Shown: positions 8,866 to 17,379 of the stretch, piece by piece
Position numbering within the stretch: position 1 is the first letter of the stretch
Layout: the number at the start of each line of letters is the position of its first letter
From: Candidatus Thorarchaeota archaeon
GTDB lineage: Archaea; Asgardarchaeota; Thorarchaeia; Thorarchaeales; Thorarchaeaceae
NCBI GenBank assembly: GCA_016933575.1
Contig: JAFGAR010000026.1
Location: 1-19,993 of the forward strand
Reading direction: 5' to 3'
Length of the DNA: 19,993 nucleotides
Position numbers and translations under genes: made by a program
The notes under the pieces: model-generated
Seen by the model: the letters and a program-made list of their open reading frames with translations, nothing else
The model's database searches: none
What the model was told of the DNA's origin: nothing

Positions 8866-9069
8866 TCAGGGCGACTTTGCATCAGGTCTCGCTTTTGAAG
8901 CAGGAACTCCTCCAATACCCCAGTTGGTCTTTGAAATCTCATGAATGATGACCTCGACAGCCTGTGCTGGAATTCCCATGTCAACAAAGACTTTTGTGAT
9001 CCCTGTGATGATTCGTTCTGCAGCCTCTTGTGAGAGACCCTTCCACATCTTAACATCAATGGATGGCAT
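8866..9069 (-). CDS. 4-oxalocrotonate tautomerase family protein
   Basis: 67 aa with N-terminal catalytic Pro (M-P-S-I-D-V) and the family C-terminal motif VEVIIHEISKTNWGIGGVPAS. Confidence 0.93.
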   Translation of the reverse strand: MPSIDVKMWKGLSQEAAERIITGITKVFVDMGIPAQAVEVIIHEISKTNWGIGGVPASKARPDAKSP

Positions 9070-9211
9070 GAGATATGTTTAGCCTCTTGATATTAAACAA
9101 TTCTGATTTCTAGAAGTGATTTGATGGATAGGAAATACATGAGACTCTCTCGAGAACGCATGATTGATTAGCAACTAATCCCCTTCATTAAATTGAGGGG
9201 TAGAAATCTGG

Positions 9212-9856
9212 ATGAGACTCACAATCGTCTATGACAATGAGGCTGTTGTTAGACTAAAGAGCGGTTGGGGATTCTCCTGTCTTGTTGGAGAAAATGTCCT
9301 GTTTGATACTGGAGCTGACTACAAGACGCTCCTCTTCAACATGCAACAGCTGAAGATTGACTTCGCAGAGATCAACACTATTGTACTCTCACATGCTCAT
9401 GGTGATCATACTGGCGGTATCGAGATAGTAAGACAACTGGGCGATGTCAGGGTATTTGTACCAAGCTCATTCTTCCCACCGATAAGAAGGCTACTATCTG
9501 GATTCAGAAATGTAGAAACAGTGGAGGTAACTACCATGATTGAAATTGTGGAGGGGATTACCACGACAGGGGAGATAGATAGAACAGAACAGTCCTTGAT
9601 TGTCCAGACATCTAAGGGATTGGTTATTGTCACTGGCTGCAGTCATCCGGGAGTGGATACAATAATGAGTATAGCAGAAGAGCATGGACCTGTTCGTGGG
9701 ATCATTGGGGGATTTCATGGTTTTGACAGACTTGGTCTGCTTGGAGATCTAGAGATGATAGTTCCATGCCATTGTACGAAACACAAGAGACGTATTCTTT
9801 CAGAATTCTCCAAGACAAGTAGCCATTGTGCAGCAGGAATGATCTTCGAACTCTAG
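9212..9856 (+). CDS. MBL-fold metallo-hydrolase (COG1237 / MJ0301-like subfamily)
   Basis: Motifs GWGFSCLV, LFDTG, SHAHGDHTGG, TGCSHPG, GGFHG, PCHCT. Confidence 0.93.
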   Translation: MRLTIVYDNEAVVRLKSGWGFSCLVGENVLFDTGADYKTLLFNMQQLKIDFAEINTIVLSHAHGDHTGGIEIVRQLGDVRVFVPSSFFPPIRRLLSGFRNVETVEVTTMIEIVEGITTTGEIDRTEQSLIVQTSKGLVIVTGCSHPGVDTIMSIAEEHGPVRGIIGGFHGFDRLGLLGDLEMIVPCHCTKHKRRILSEFSKTSSHCAAGMIFEL

Positions 9857-9860
9857 CATC

Positions 9861-11708
9861 CTAGTCTAGTATTGTCTTCTGGATCATAGTTCTTGCTTGA
9901 AGACCTATGAAGATGGTCCAACCAATCAGCCCACATACCTGTATCATCATGACCCAACCATCCAATAGAACATCTGAGAACATCAGATAGTGGATGAAAG
10001 CATATGACAAGAAGAATATCAACAAAAATTTCCGATTTTGATCTTGGAGTATTTCTGGTTGTATTGAATCGCGAGTTGGAATCTCCCAGAGGTGCCGCAA
10101 CATGAAGCTATTAGGGGGTCCATATTTATGCAAGATGAATCCAGCCACTAAGAGAACAAAGAAGGTCGCTATGAATAGACTGGAGAATATCATTGCATAA
10201 GTACCCACGAATGTTGTGATTAGTGCAACCAGGGTAAATGGTAATCCTGACATATAGAGAAGCAATGAATCAATACGCTGCCACTCAATTCTGTCGTCTT
10301 TTTGGGGTAGTGGAAGCAATTCTGTACCATATTTTCGGGAGATAATGACTCTGCCAAAGACTCCGACAGATAGTGGAATTGCAAAAATAAGAATAGGACC
10401 AATGAACTGCGCATTCATTGGAGATATATCAATCGAACCTGCAGTCCCGGATATGATATACGGACCAAGTAACAATCGCAGCCCATAATAATTAGAAATC
10501 CATTGATTCTCAGTACCATAGTCTCTTGCATGAAACTGATTGTTATTCATGAAGTTTCTATAGATTGTGTTCTCATTTCCAGTGACATAGATACCTGCTC
10601 CACAATTTGTGATGATGTTTTCAATAATGAATGAACCATCACATTGAACATTGATTCCGGTACTAAAACCAGTTATTGTGTTATTCCGGATCGTTATTCG
10701 CTCCTGATTATATCCCAGTATACTGATTCCAATACTTCCATCAACTCCAAGCAGGATATTATCAGTGATATACAGATTATCACCCCAAACATGAATTCCG
10801 TATCTTGTATTGTTGAAGATGCAGCCCTGAATGCGCGCTCCAGAACCAAGTTCCAACTCAACACTTACAGTGCAGTTGATGACTTCTGTTTGGGAATCTT
10901 GATTGAGAGAGAAGACTGAACTCGAACCTGCAAGAACGCAGTCAACAAATTCATTGTGTGAATTTCCAGTCCCAAATGTCTTACCGATGAAACATTCTTC
11001 AAATACGAGATATGAGGTAGAGAAGAGAATTAATGAATCAATAGAGCTATGCTCTATGACTGCTTGGTGAACATCATAGAAGTACAGGGTATTTGAAAAA
11101 GTGCAATTCTCTATGGAAACATCATATGCATGCTTCAAGGTCAGAGTTTGATATTCACAATCCCAGATTCTTACAGAGTGGATCTGTTTGTCACCACTTG
11201 TACAAGTGATTCCATAAGACGCGTTATAAACCTCACAATTATGGACCGTACCGTTTCCTGCACCAAGAAGAATTACTGCAAACTCATCCCAGTACCTCTC
11301 CGCAGCCATTCCTGAAATCCTACACCCAGTAATGTTGTAGTATGCTGTGATGTTTCCCGTAATGGAGATACATGGTACTACAGGAGATTCAATCTCTAGA
11401 CTTTCAATTATGAAAGGATCCCAATATGTGCCTGTACCAGGAAAACCGAGGGTAGTGAAATTTGAAACATCAGTTATCTCAATAGGCGCATGCGGGGTGA
11501 GCCCATCAAGTGCACTTGAAATCTCATGAAAATAATCTAGAGAGCTTTCAGTGTTAGTAGTGTATTTTGGTAGAACATCACCATTATCAAAATCAATCTC
11601 AGGAGGGGCTGAATCTAGTCTAGTCCCTAGTAGAATGCCACCAATTAATGATAATACAAGAAAAATCGCCAATCCAAAGATATTTGATTTATTCACTACT
11701 CTCACCAA
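9861..11708 (-). CDS. Right-handed parallel beta-helix (NosD/CASH-like) membrane protein with ~5 C-terminal TM helices
   Basis: N-terminal TM, then PHAPIEITDVSNF..GFPGTGTYWDPFIIESLEI lead-in and Asn/Ile-rich coils (ITIRNNTITGFSTGINV, IIENIITNCGAGIYV). Ends in multiple hydrophobic segments. A TATA at ~11725-11718 suggests the real start is GTG 11696. Confidence 0.85.
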   Translation of the reverse strand: MVRVVNKSNIFGLAIFLVLSLIGGILLGTRLDSAPPEIDFDNGDVLPKYTTNTESSLDYFHEISSALDGLTPHAPIEITDVSNFTTLGFPGTGTYWDPFIIESLEIESPVVPCISITGNITAYYNITGCRISGMAAERYWDEFAVILLGAGNGTVHNCEVYNASYGITCTSGDKQIHSVRIWDCEYQTLTLKHAYDVSIENCTFSNTLYFYDVHQAVIEHSSIDSLILFSTSYLVFEECFIGKTFGTGNSHNEFVDCVLAGSSSVFSLNQDSQTEVINCTVSVELELGSGARIQGCIFNNTRYGIHVWGDNLYITDNILLGVDGSIGISILGYNQERITIRNNTITGFSTGINVQCDGSFIIENIITNCGAGIYVTGNENTIYRNFMNNNQFHARDYGTENQWISNYYGLRLLLGPYIISGTAGSIDISPMNAQFIGPILIFAIPLSVGVFGRVIISRKYGTELLPLPQKDDRIEWQRIDSLLLYMSGLPFTLVALITTFVGTYAMIFSSLFIATFFVLLVAGFILHKYGPPNSFMLRHLWEIPTRDSIQPEILQDQNRKFLLIFFLSYAFIHYLMFSDVLLDGWVMMIQVCGLIGWTIFIGLQARTMIQKTILD

Positions 11709-11783
11709 CCTTCAGTAATATAAAACTTGTAGAAACACTAAGAGTCTCTGAATTCGTTCTTTACTCTCCACCTAATACTAAAT

Positions 11784-11803
11784 TGTCAGTCGATCAACTG
11801 ACA
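11784..11803. promoter_or_regulatory. Near-perfect 20-bp palindrome (putative operator or terminator hairpin)
   Basis: TGTCAGTCGATCAACTGACA; only one pair is mismatched. Intergenic, upstream of the beta-helix gene. Confidence 0.45.
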
Positions 11804-11864
11804 GATACCTCTTTTTTCTTAAGGCTAAAAATGTAATGACTCACTAGTATCGATAGTGAAACTC

Positions 11865-12683
11865 TTAGAGGTAAGAGAATACCGCAAGCATATACGGGAT
11901 ATCAGCACCTGCATGACATAGAATGGCTCCAAGCAAACTATCGGTTTTTTGCATTACTGCTCCAAACCCTAGACCAAGGAAAAGCGGTAACATGAAGAGG
12001 ATGACTGTAGTGATAGAGAATGATGGTTGAAGGTGTGCTGATGCAAATATTACTGCTTGGAGTACATTAGCCCTATCAAGACCAAAGAAGTTCTCATATT
12101 TCTTCAGGAAGAGTCCTCGGAAGAGCAACTCCTCCTTTATTCCATTCAATGAAACAAACACTGCAATCCAGGGTATTAAAGCAAGTAGCCGCTCTGCAGT
12201 TACTTCTTGTCCACCAAATAACCAGATAGAGAATGGGATTGCGGTGACTGCGAAGATGATGATCACAATTACTCCAATTAAAACACCTTGTCGCAAATTA
12301 CCCCTCTTCAGATAGAGCTCGCTCAAGTTCCCTGAGGAGAGACCCACAATAAGGACTATGGTGGTGACAACAATTACAGTACTGATCAACTTATTCGAAA
12401 CAATCCCTTCAATCGTATCCCCTGCAGACCAGTAAATCTGTAACAGAAAAGCCAACGAAGCGATGAAGAAAGCTAACAGAATTTGTAGATACTCCTGTAG
12501 ACCGCCTCCTTTCTTTGCATAGAGATACGTGACAAGAAGAACTACAGTGACAGCAATCATGTAGAGAATCCTATATGGGTCAATCAAGAAAGCGGGAATT
12601 GCAAAGACTGAGAGACCACAAAGTAAGAAGATGGCAAACAGACTCAAACGATTCAACAACTCATCCTCCAACAATGCACACAA
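11865..12683 (-). CDS. CPBP family (CAAX/Abi) intramembrane glutamic endopeptidase
   Basis: Polytopic hydrophobic protein with EELLFRG, FASAH and HAGAD motifs. GGAGG at 12669-12665 suggests a start at TTG 12659 or 12656. Confidence 0.92.
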   Translation of the reverse strand: MCALLEDELLNRLSLFAIFLLCGLSVFAIPAFLIDPYRILYMIAVTVVLLVTYLYAKKGGGLQEYLQILLAFFIASLAFLLQIYWSAGDTIEGIVSNKLISTVIVVTTIVLIVGLSSGNLSELYLKRGNLRQGVLIGVIVIIIFAVTAIPFSIWLFGGQEVTAERLLALIPWIAVFVSLNGIKEELLFRGLFLKKYENFFGLDRANVLQAVIFASAHLQPSFSITTVILFMLPLFLGLGFGAVMQKTDSLLGAILCHAGADIPYMLAVFSYL

Positions 12684-12728
12684 TTACAGCCTGAGGGAGA
12701 ACCACCTCTATTTAATCATTGTTCCAAA

Positions 12729-13499
12729 TCAGTCGGGAATTTTCGTGAGAAGAAGAAATCTCTGCTCACGGACTTCCACAAATCCGTTCGCTAAGATATC
12801 CTTGTGTATCTGCAAGAGAACGTCATTATAACTCTCAACCGTAAAATCTTCTACTGTCCAAGGAATTGCTTTCAAATAGAACACCAAAGCACCCACATCA
12901 TAGAAACGTGTCCTTGGAAATGCCTCCATCTTGCTTAGCACGTGGAATCCTTGCTCCTCTAACTCTCTAGATGCATACGCAGCATTCCATGGTTGGTCAT
13001 TAATGGGAGAATTATTGCCCAAGAGTTTGTTGATAGCAAGGTCATTCTGCTCACCTACTTGTTGGGTGATGAAATGCCCTGATGGTTCCAAAATCCTCCA
13101 AACTTCAAGAGGATCATAGAACTCGTGACGATTAATTACGAGTTCAAAGGTATTCTCCCTAAAGGGGAGGGTCTCTTTTTCTTCCTCAATCTTGAAGATA
13201 TGAACCCCAAGAGGTTCGAGTCGCTTCTTAGCTATGGGTACATTTGGAGCATATGCCTCAGTGGCGCAAGTGTGTTTTGGAAGTGGTTGAAGCAGTGAGA
13301 GTAACTCGCCTCCGCCGGTGCCCATGTCAAGTAGAGAATCGGTCCTTCGAATATAGGGTAGAATGATACTGACATAATTCCACGGGAGAGGTTCAGACTG
13401 CATTCGTCCGGTCCCTGAGATATATGAGAAGTCCCAACCTGAGAATGGACGATCTGCATCCTCGATTAACAGATTGAAAAAATCATCTCTCTCTGTCAA
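12729..13499 (-). CDS. Class I SAM-dependent methyltransferase
   Basis: LLDMGTGGGE motif I, LPFRENTFELVINRH, ILEPSGHFITQQVG. TTG start with GAGGGG SD. Confidence 0.92.
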   Translation of the reverse strand: MTERDDFFNLLIEDADRPFSGWDFSYISGTGRMQSEPLPWNYVSIILPYIRRTDSLLDMGTGGGELLSLLQPLPKHTCATEAYAPNVPIAKKRLEPLGVHIFKIEEEKETLPFRENTFELVINRHEFYDPLEVWRILEPSGHFITQQVGEQNDLAINKLLGNNSPINDQPWNAAYASRELEEQGFHVLSKMEAFPRTRFYDVGALVFYLKAIPWTVEDFTVESYNDVLLQIHKDILANGFVEVREQRFLLLTKIPD

Positions 13500-13601
13500 G
13501 GAAATCCCCTCAGCGAATCTACTTGTAATATATAGACACTCGATTCTATTTCAATGATTGCACTGATAATTATGCAGATGTTGGGTCAATATCGGGATGT
13601 A

Positions 13602-15683
13602 TCATTCACCGAAATCATCTTTGAAGAGATCGAGTTCTTCACCTAACAGATAATGGCAGAACCAGCGATAGTTCTGCAACATGACTGCATAGTTCTCGCG
13701 TGGGAAGGGATAGCCATGACCCATACCTGGCAGTACGAAGAGCTCTGTAGGGACTCCTTTATGCTTCAAAGCTCTGTATAACTCGTGAGCACTAATCACA
13801 GAAATGCGTTCATCACTATCTCCGTGCTGTATCAACATAGGAGTCCTCGCTCGATCAATAGCAGAAATTGGAGCACTCTTACAATATGCCTCTCGTGACT
13901 CCGGATCAAATGGAGTTCCATCAAGATGGATGGAATGTCGCATATCCGAGCTGATATAGTATAGGTACCAGCTGCTGACCCCAGCATTCACTGAAACAGC
14001 GGCACATCGATCAGTATGCATTCCAATAAATGCACTCAGATAGCCACCCTGACTGCCACCCATGCTTCCAATTCGTTTCTCATCGATAAAGCCCTGAGCA
14101 ATTAAGTAGTCTATTCCCGATTCTAGATCCCAAAGATCTCCAACACCAAGGTTGTTATGGTTCAGCTCCATGAAATCTCGGCCTCTACCAAGACCACCTC
14201 TGTAGTTTGGTTCAAGAATCAAGACACCTCTAGCTAGCAGGGGATGAACCGGTCTCATGCCATCGTTAGATAGTCTTGAGAGGATAGAACAACCACGGGG
14301 TCCACCATGTGGAAATAGGATGAGAGGATACTTCCTGGTTGGGTTGAAGTCAGAGGGCTTTCTAAGAATCCCCTCAATCTCAGTGCCATCTTTACTGGTC
14401 CACCTAATTGTTTCTACTGTTCCAAAGTCAAGATGAGAGAAGGTCTCGGTATTCCTTGTAACACGCACAAGGTCCCAACCCTTGGCTGTCGGTTTCCCGA
14501 TATAGACCTCAGGAAGAGTGTCTGGAGAGTCTCCATCAAATGTTATGTAGCCAGTATCTGTGAGATGGAAAGGACTGCCCGGTGAAACATCTCCAATCTC
14601 GCAGGTCTTATAATCGCCATTCTCGAAGAGTTGTGAGATGGTAGAACGGGTCCCCTCAAAGTGGAGAACGAAGATACCATGTCTTGTCCAGTGTACATCC
14701 AAGATATACCTATCGAGCTTCTCAGATATCGGTCTAAGCGATTCATAGCCACCTTTGGTCTTCTGTTGGTTTGTCTCATCATCGCCAATGAGCCAGAGAT
14801 CATGCCTAGGTTGCTTCTTATGATCCGGTACGGGACCCTGCACTAACAGCGTACGACCATCAGGAGAAACATCTTTGATAGAAAATGAATCGGGAAGCCA
14901 GATTCTCTCTAGAGAGAGCTTGGCCAGTACATCATCCAGATTGGTCTCTCTGGCGGCGTCAAGAATCGCTTCAGGATCCAGCATAATCTTGAAACATGCA
15001 GTATCATCTTCGTTGATGGAATCAACCCCCCGCTGACAATTAAGATAGACTGTTTTCGTCTCAGGAGCGAGGACAAAGGAGGTGATATGGTAACTAGGAT
15101 CTAGTGAATGAGAAATCTCGAAGAGATATGGAGCTGGAGTGTAATTCTCTTCCTTGAAGTATTCTTTAGACCTCTGCTGATTCTCAAGAGACCTCTCTAT
15201 GCTAACATAATATACAGCATTCTTTGAGGTTTCATTCTCAACATGGATGAAATTGCCAATACAAGATTGCTCTACAGGTTTTGTCGAGTAGAAGACGAAC
15301 CCCTTAGCAAAAGGAGCATATTGTGTTATCCTTCCAGAATGACTCACAATCCGTTTCCCTTCTCCAACGAGGTTTTTAATGAGACAGATATCAGACCACC
15401 TCGGATTACCTGAGTGAGAGTGCCTGATGACAGAGTATGTGTCATCATCAATCCAGATCATCTCACTCCCAGCCTCAAGGGCTTGAAAGGTTGACTGTGA
15501 TTCACAATCGTAGATATAACATGGAGCTGTTGGAATATGTTCACGAAAATCCTTCATAATCTTTGTATATGCCACTTTCTTACCATTTGGTGAGATTGCA
15601 GGACGATAGAAGATTGGAAACTTGAGCATATCTTTTATAGTCGCTCTTTGTTTCCGACTGGTCTTAGCGAATGCAGCTTTCAT
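13602..15683 (-). CDS. S9 family serine peptidase (dipeptidyl/acylaminoacyl peptidase-like)
   Basis: PLILFPHGGP, NYRGG, nucleophile GGSQGG, Asp in QHGDSDERI, His in GMGHG, plus an N-terminal propeller region (ISPNGKKVAY). Likely start ATG 15683 rather than 15776. Confidence 0.93.
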   Translation of the reverse strand: MKAAFAKTSRKQRATIKDMLKFPIFYRPAISPNGKKVAYTKIMKDFREHIPTAPCYIYDCESQSTFQALEAGSEMIWIDDDTYSVIRHSHSGNPRWSDICLIKNLVGEGKRIVSHSGRITQYAPFAKGFVFYSTKPVEQSCIGNFIHVENETSKNAVYYVSIERSLENQQRSKEYFKEENYTPAPYLFEISHSLDPSYHITSFVLAPETKTVYLNCQRGVDSINEDDTACFKIMLDPEAILDAARETNLDDVLAKLSLERIWLPDSFSIKDVSPDGRTLLVQGPVPDHKKQPRHDLWLIGDDETNQQKTKGGYESLRPISEKLDRYILDVHWTRHGIFVLHFEGTRSTISQLFENGDYKTCEIGDVSPGSPFHLTDTGYITFDGDSPDTLPEVYIGKPTAKGWDLVRVTRNTETFSHLDFGTVETIRWTSKDGTEIEGILRKPSDFNPTRKYPLILFPHGGPRGCSILSRLSNDGMRPVHPLLARGVLILEPNYRGGLGRGRDFMELNHNNLGVGDLWDLESGIDYLIAQGFIDEKRIGSMGGSQGGYLSAFIGMHTDRCAAVSVNAGVSSWYLYYISSDMRHSIHLDGTPFDPESREAYCKSAPISAIDRARTPMLIQHGDSDERISVISAHELYRALKHKGVPTELFVLPGMGHGYPFPRENYAVMLQNYRWFCHYLLGEELDLFKDDFGE

Positions 15684-15941
15684 GATAACCACGCCTATTA
15701 GAAGCGCATCAATGGTAAAAAAATTGAAATTTAAAGAAGAGCCACAACTTGGGCACACAATATGGGGTCCCAACAAGCTACTTGAAATGGTTATTTTGGA
15801 GATCTCATTAGGAAAATTGAATCCTCTAATATTACACTCTGAAGTGTAGTAGATATCAGGTATTCAAACATCTGACACAGATTTAGAATGCGTTGAACCT
15901 CCAATGTTATCATATAATTTCATGGTTCTTTCGATGGTAGG

Positions 15942-16214
15942 ATGGAGAAAACTCGCAAACGAGCATTGATAGGGATTTCACTCATACTTATTGTCACAAC
16001 TGGAATTATGATCCCTCTGGCCTTGATATCACAACCTATACAGGTAGAAGAACAAGGATTGCTACTGATAGATATTAGGAACCCAAGAAATCCAATCCTC
16101 ATCACAATGGAGGGAGAAGGCAAAATTGGTCGAGATGTGACAGTAGTTGATAATCCTGTGTTCCTTGTAGATGATGTAGGAGGATTGACTATCATTCAGG
16201 TTACCAAGGTCTAG
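15942..16214 (+). CDS. Small membrane-anchored protein with a single LVIVD-type beta-propeller blade (possibly a deletion remnant)
   Basis: N-terminal TM followed by GLLLIDIRNPRNP..GRDVTVVDNPVFLVDDVGGLTIIQV, matching the LVIVD repeat pattern GLxIIDISxPxxP..DVxVxGNYxYVADxxxGLxII. Confidence 0.7.
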   Translation: MEKTRKRALIGISLILIVTTGIMIPLALISQPIQVEEQGLLLIDIRNPRNPILITMEGEGKIGRDVTVVDNPVFLVDDVGGLTIIQVTKV

Positions 16215-16317
16215 AAGGCGGTAACGAAAAAATTCGATAGATTAAAAGTTGCATACACGAAAAAAATAGTGAAAATTGGTTAAATATCTACAATCCAAGT
16301 ATATACCGGTAATAAAA

Positions 16318-17112
16318 ATGAATGCGGAATCTGAAAAAGTATTGAAAGCTCTCTCGAGCTCAACACGTCGGACAATCATGAGGCAGATCTCAGAGAAAGG
16401 TAGTGCGACCTATACTGAGATTATGCATGTGCTAAATCTCGATCCATCCCTCATGAGTGGTACCTTCAACTATCATCTGAAGGAACTCAATGAGGCAGGA
16501 TTGATTGAGCGAACAAATGGGGATTATCGGATAACTGATCTTGGAAAACGGGCACTCATACTTGTAGACCAAGTTGCAAAGGACGTCAAGATTGACCAAT
16601 ATGGAGTCCTCTCAGCAGTGATGTCGATGAGCCCGAAAAAGGAACTCACACTCTTCATAAGCCAGATAGGGATGATCATTGGATTTATGCTCACCATTCT
16701 CAGCATCATTCCACTGCAACTCAGTTATGGTACTGATACCCTTGATTTCTTGTTGTCAATTGTATCTCTGTCTATCTCTCTTGCGTTGGTAATAGGTTCT
16801 ACTGCAAAGATGATAGGAATACTCAGGAAATTCAGACTTGGAATCTCTTTAATGGTGTTTCTTTCCGTTAACTGGTTCTTCATAAGATCCCCAAACAGAA
16901 ATAGCTTCTTTATCATTGTAATATTTGCTGTTGGGACAATAATAGCAGGAGCTCTTGCAATCTTAATCCCTTATACAGGAGAGATGCTGCTCTTCACGCT
17001 AGAGTGGTATAGCATAGTTTCAATTGCTATAGGTTTTGCACTTCTGGTCCTCGCTTTATTCATCCGCGCAAAGAGAGAAGCGGACCGTCTGGAGGAAACA
17101 AACAATGAGTAG
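16318..17112 (+). CDS. ArsR-like winged-helix regulator fused to a C-terminal multi-TM domain
   Basis: VLKALSSSTRRTIMRQI..TYTEIM..SGTFNYHLKELNEAGLI..YRITDLGKRAL, followed by ~5 hydrophobic helices. Likely start ATG 16318. Confidence 0.88.
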   Translation: MNAESEKVLKALSSSTRRTIMRQISEKGSATYTEIMHVLNLDPSLMSGTFNYHLKELNEAGLIERTNGDYRITDLGKRALILVDQVAKDVKIDQYGVLSAVMSMSPKKELTLFISQIGMIIGFMLTILSIIPLQLSYGTDTLDFLLSIVSLSISLALVIGSTAKMIGILRKFRLGISLMVFLSVNWFFIRSPNRNSFFIIVIFAVGTIIAGALAILIPYTGEMLLFTLEWYSIVSIAIGFALLVLALFIRAKREADRLEETNNE

Positions 17113-17275
17113 TGAAGATAAGGCAGAGCAAGTAGATCGTATCTTGGACGTACTCTCAAAACCTCTCAATCGCTATATACTCTCTGTGCTGGCGGGAGTG
17201 GACCCAGGACCATTTACAGAAACTATTGAGATCCAAGATGATATCCGCATTGATGAGAAAGAGAATACTCAATGA
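17105..17275 (+). pseudogene. Truncated ArsR-like wHTH fragment (56 aa)
   Basis: ATG overlaps the upstream gene end by 8 nt. DRILDVLSKPLNRYILSVLAGVDPGPFTETIEI aligns by eye with EKVLKALSSSTRRTIMRQISEKGSATYTEIMHV of the upstream gene but ends before the recognition helix. Confidence 0.5.
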
Positions 17276-17304
17276 GGAGCAGATGTAGTTTCGACAGTTA
17301 ATTT

Positions 17305-17333
17305 GAGAGAGGTTCATCCTCTCTCTTATTCTT
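17305..17333 (+). terminator. Hairpin terminator-like element between convergent genes
   Basis: GAGAGAGG-TTCAT-CCTCTCTC, a perfect 8-bp stem followed by TTATTCTT. Confidence 0.55.
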
Positions 17334-17379
17334 AAAGAAAAATGGTTAGGTGCGAACTACAGTCTGCGGAGATGTTGGT

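Noticed and set aside
15684-15776. N-terminal extension of the S9 peptidase with CPSC (zinc-ribbon-like)
   Set aside because: Only one CxxC, and it spans a TATA-like TTTAAA (~15731-15736); the real start is probably ATG 15683.
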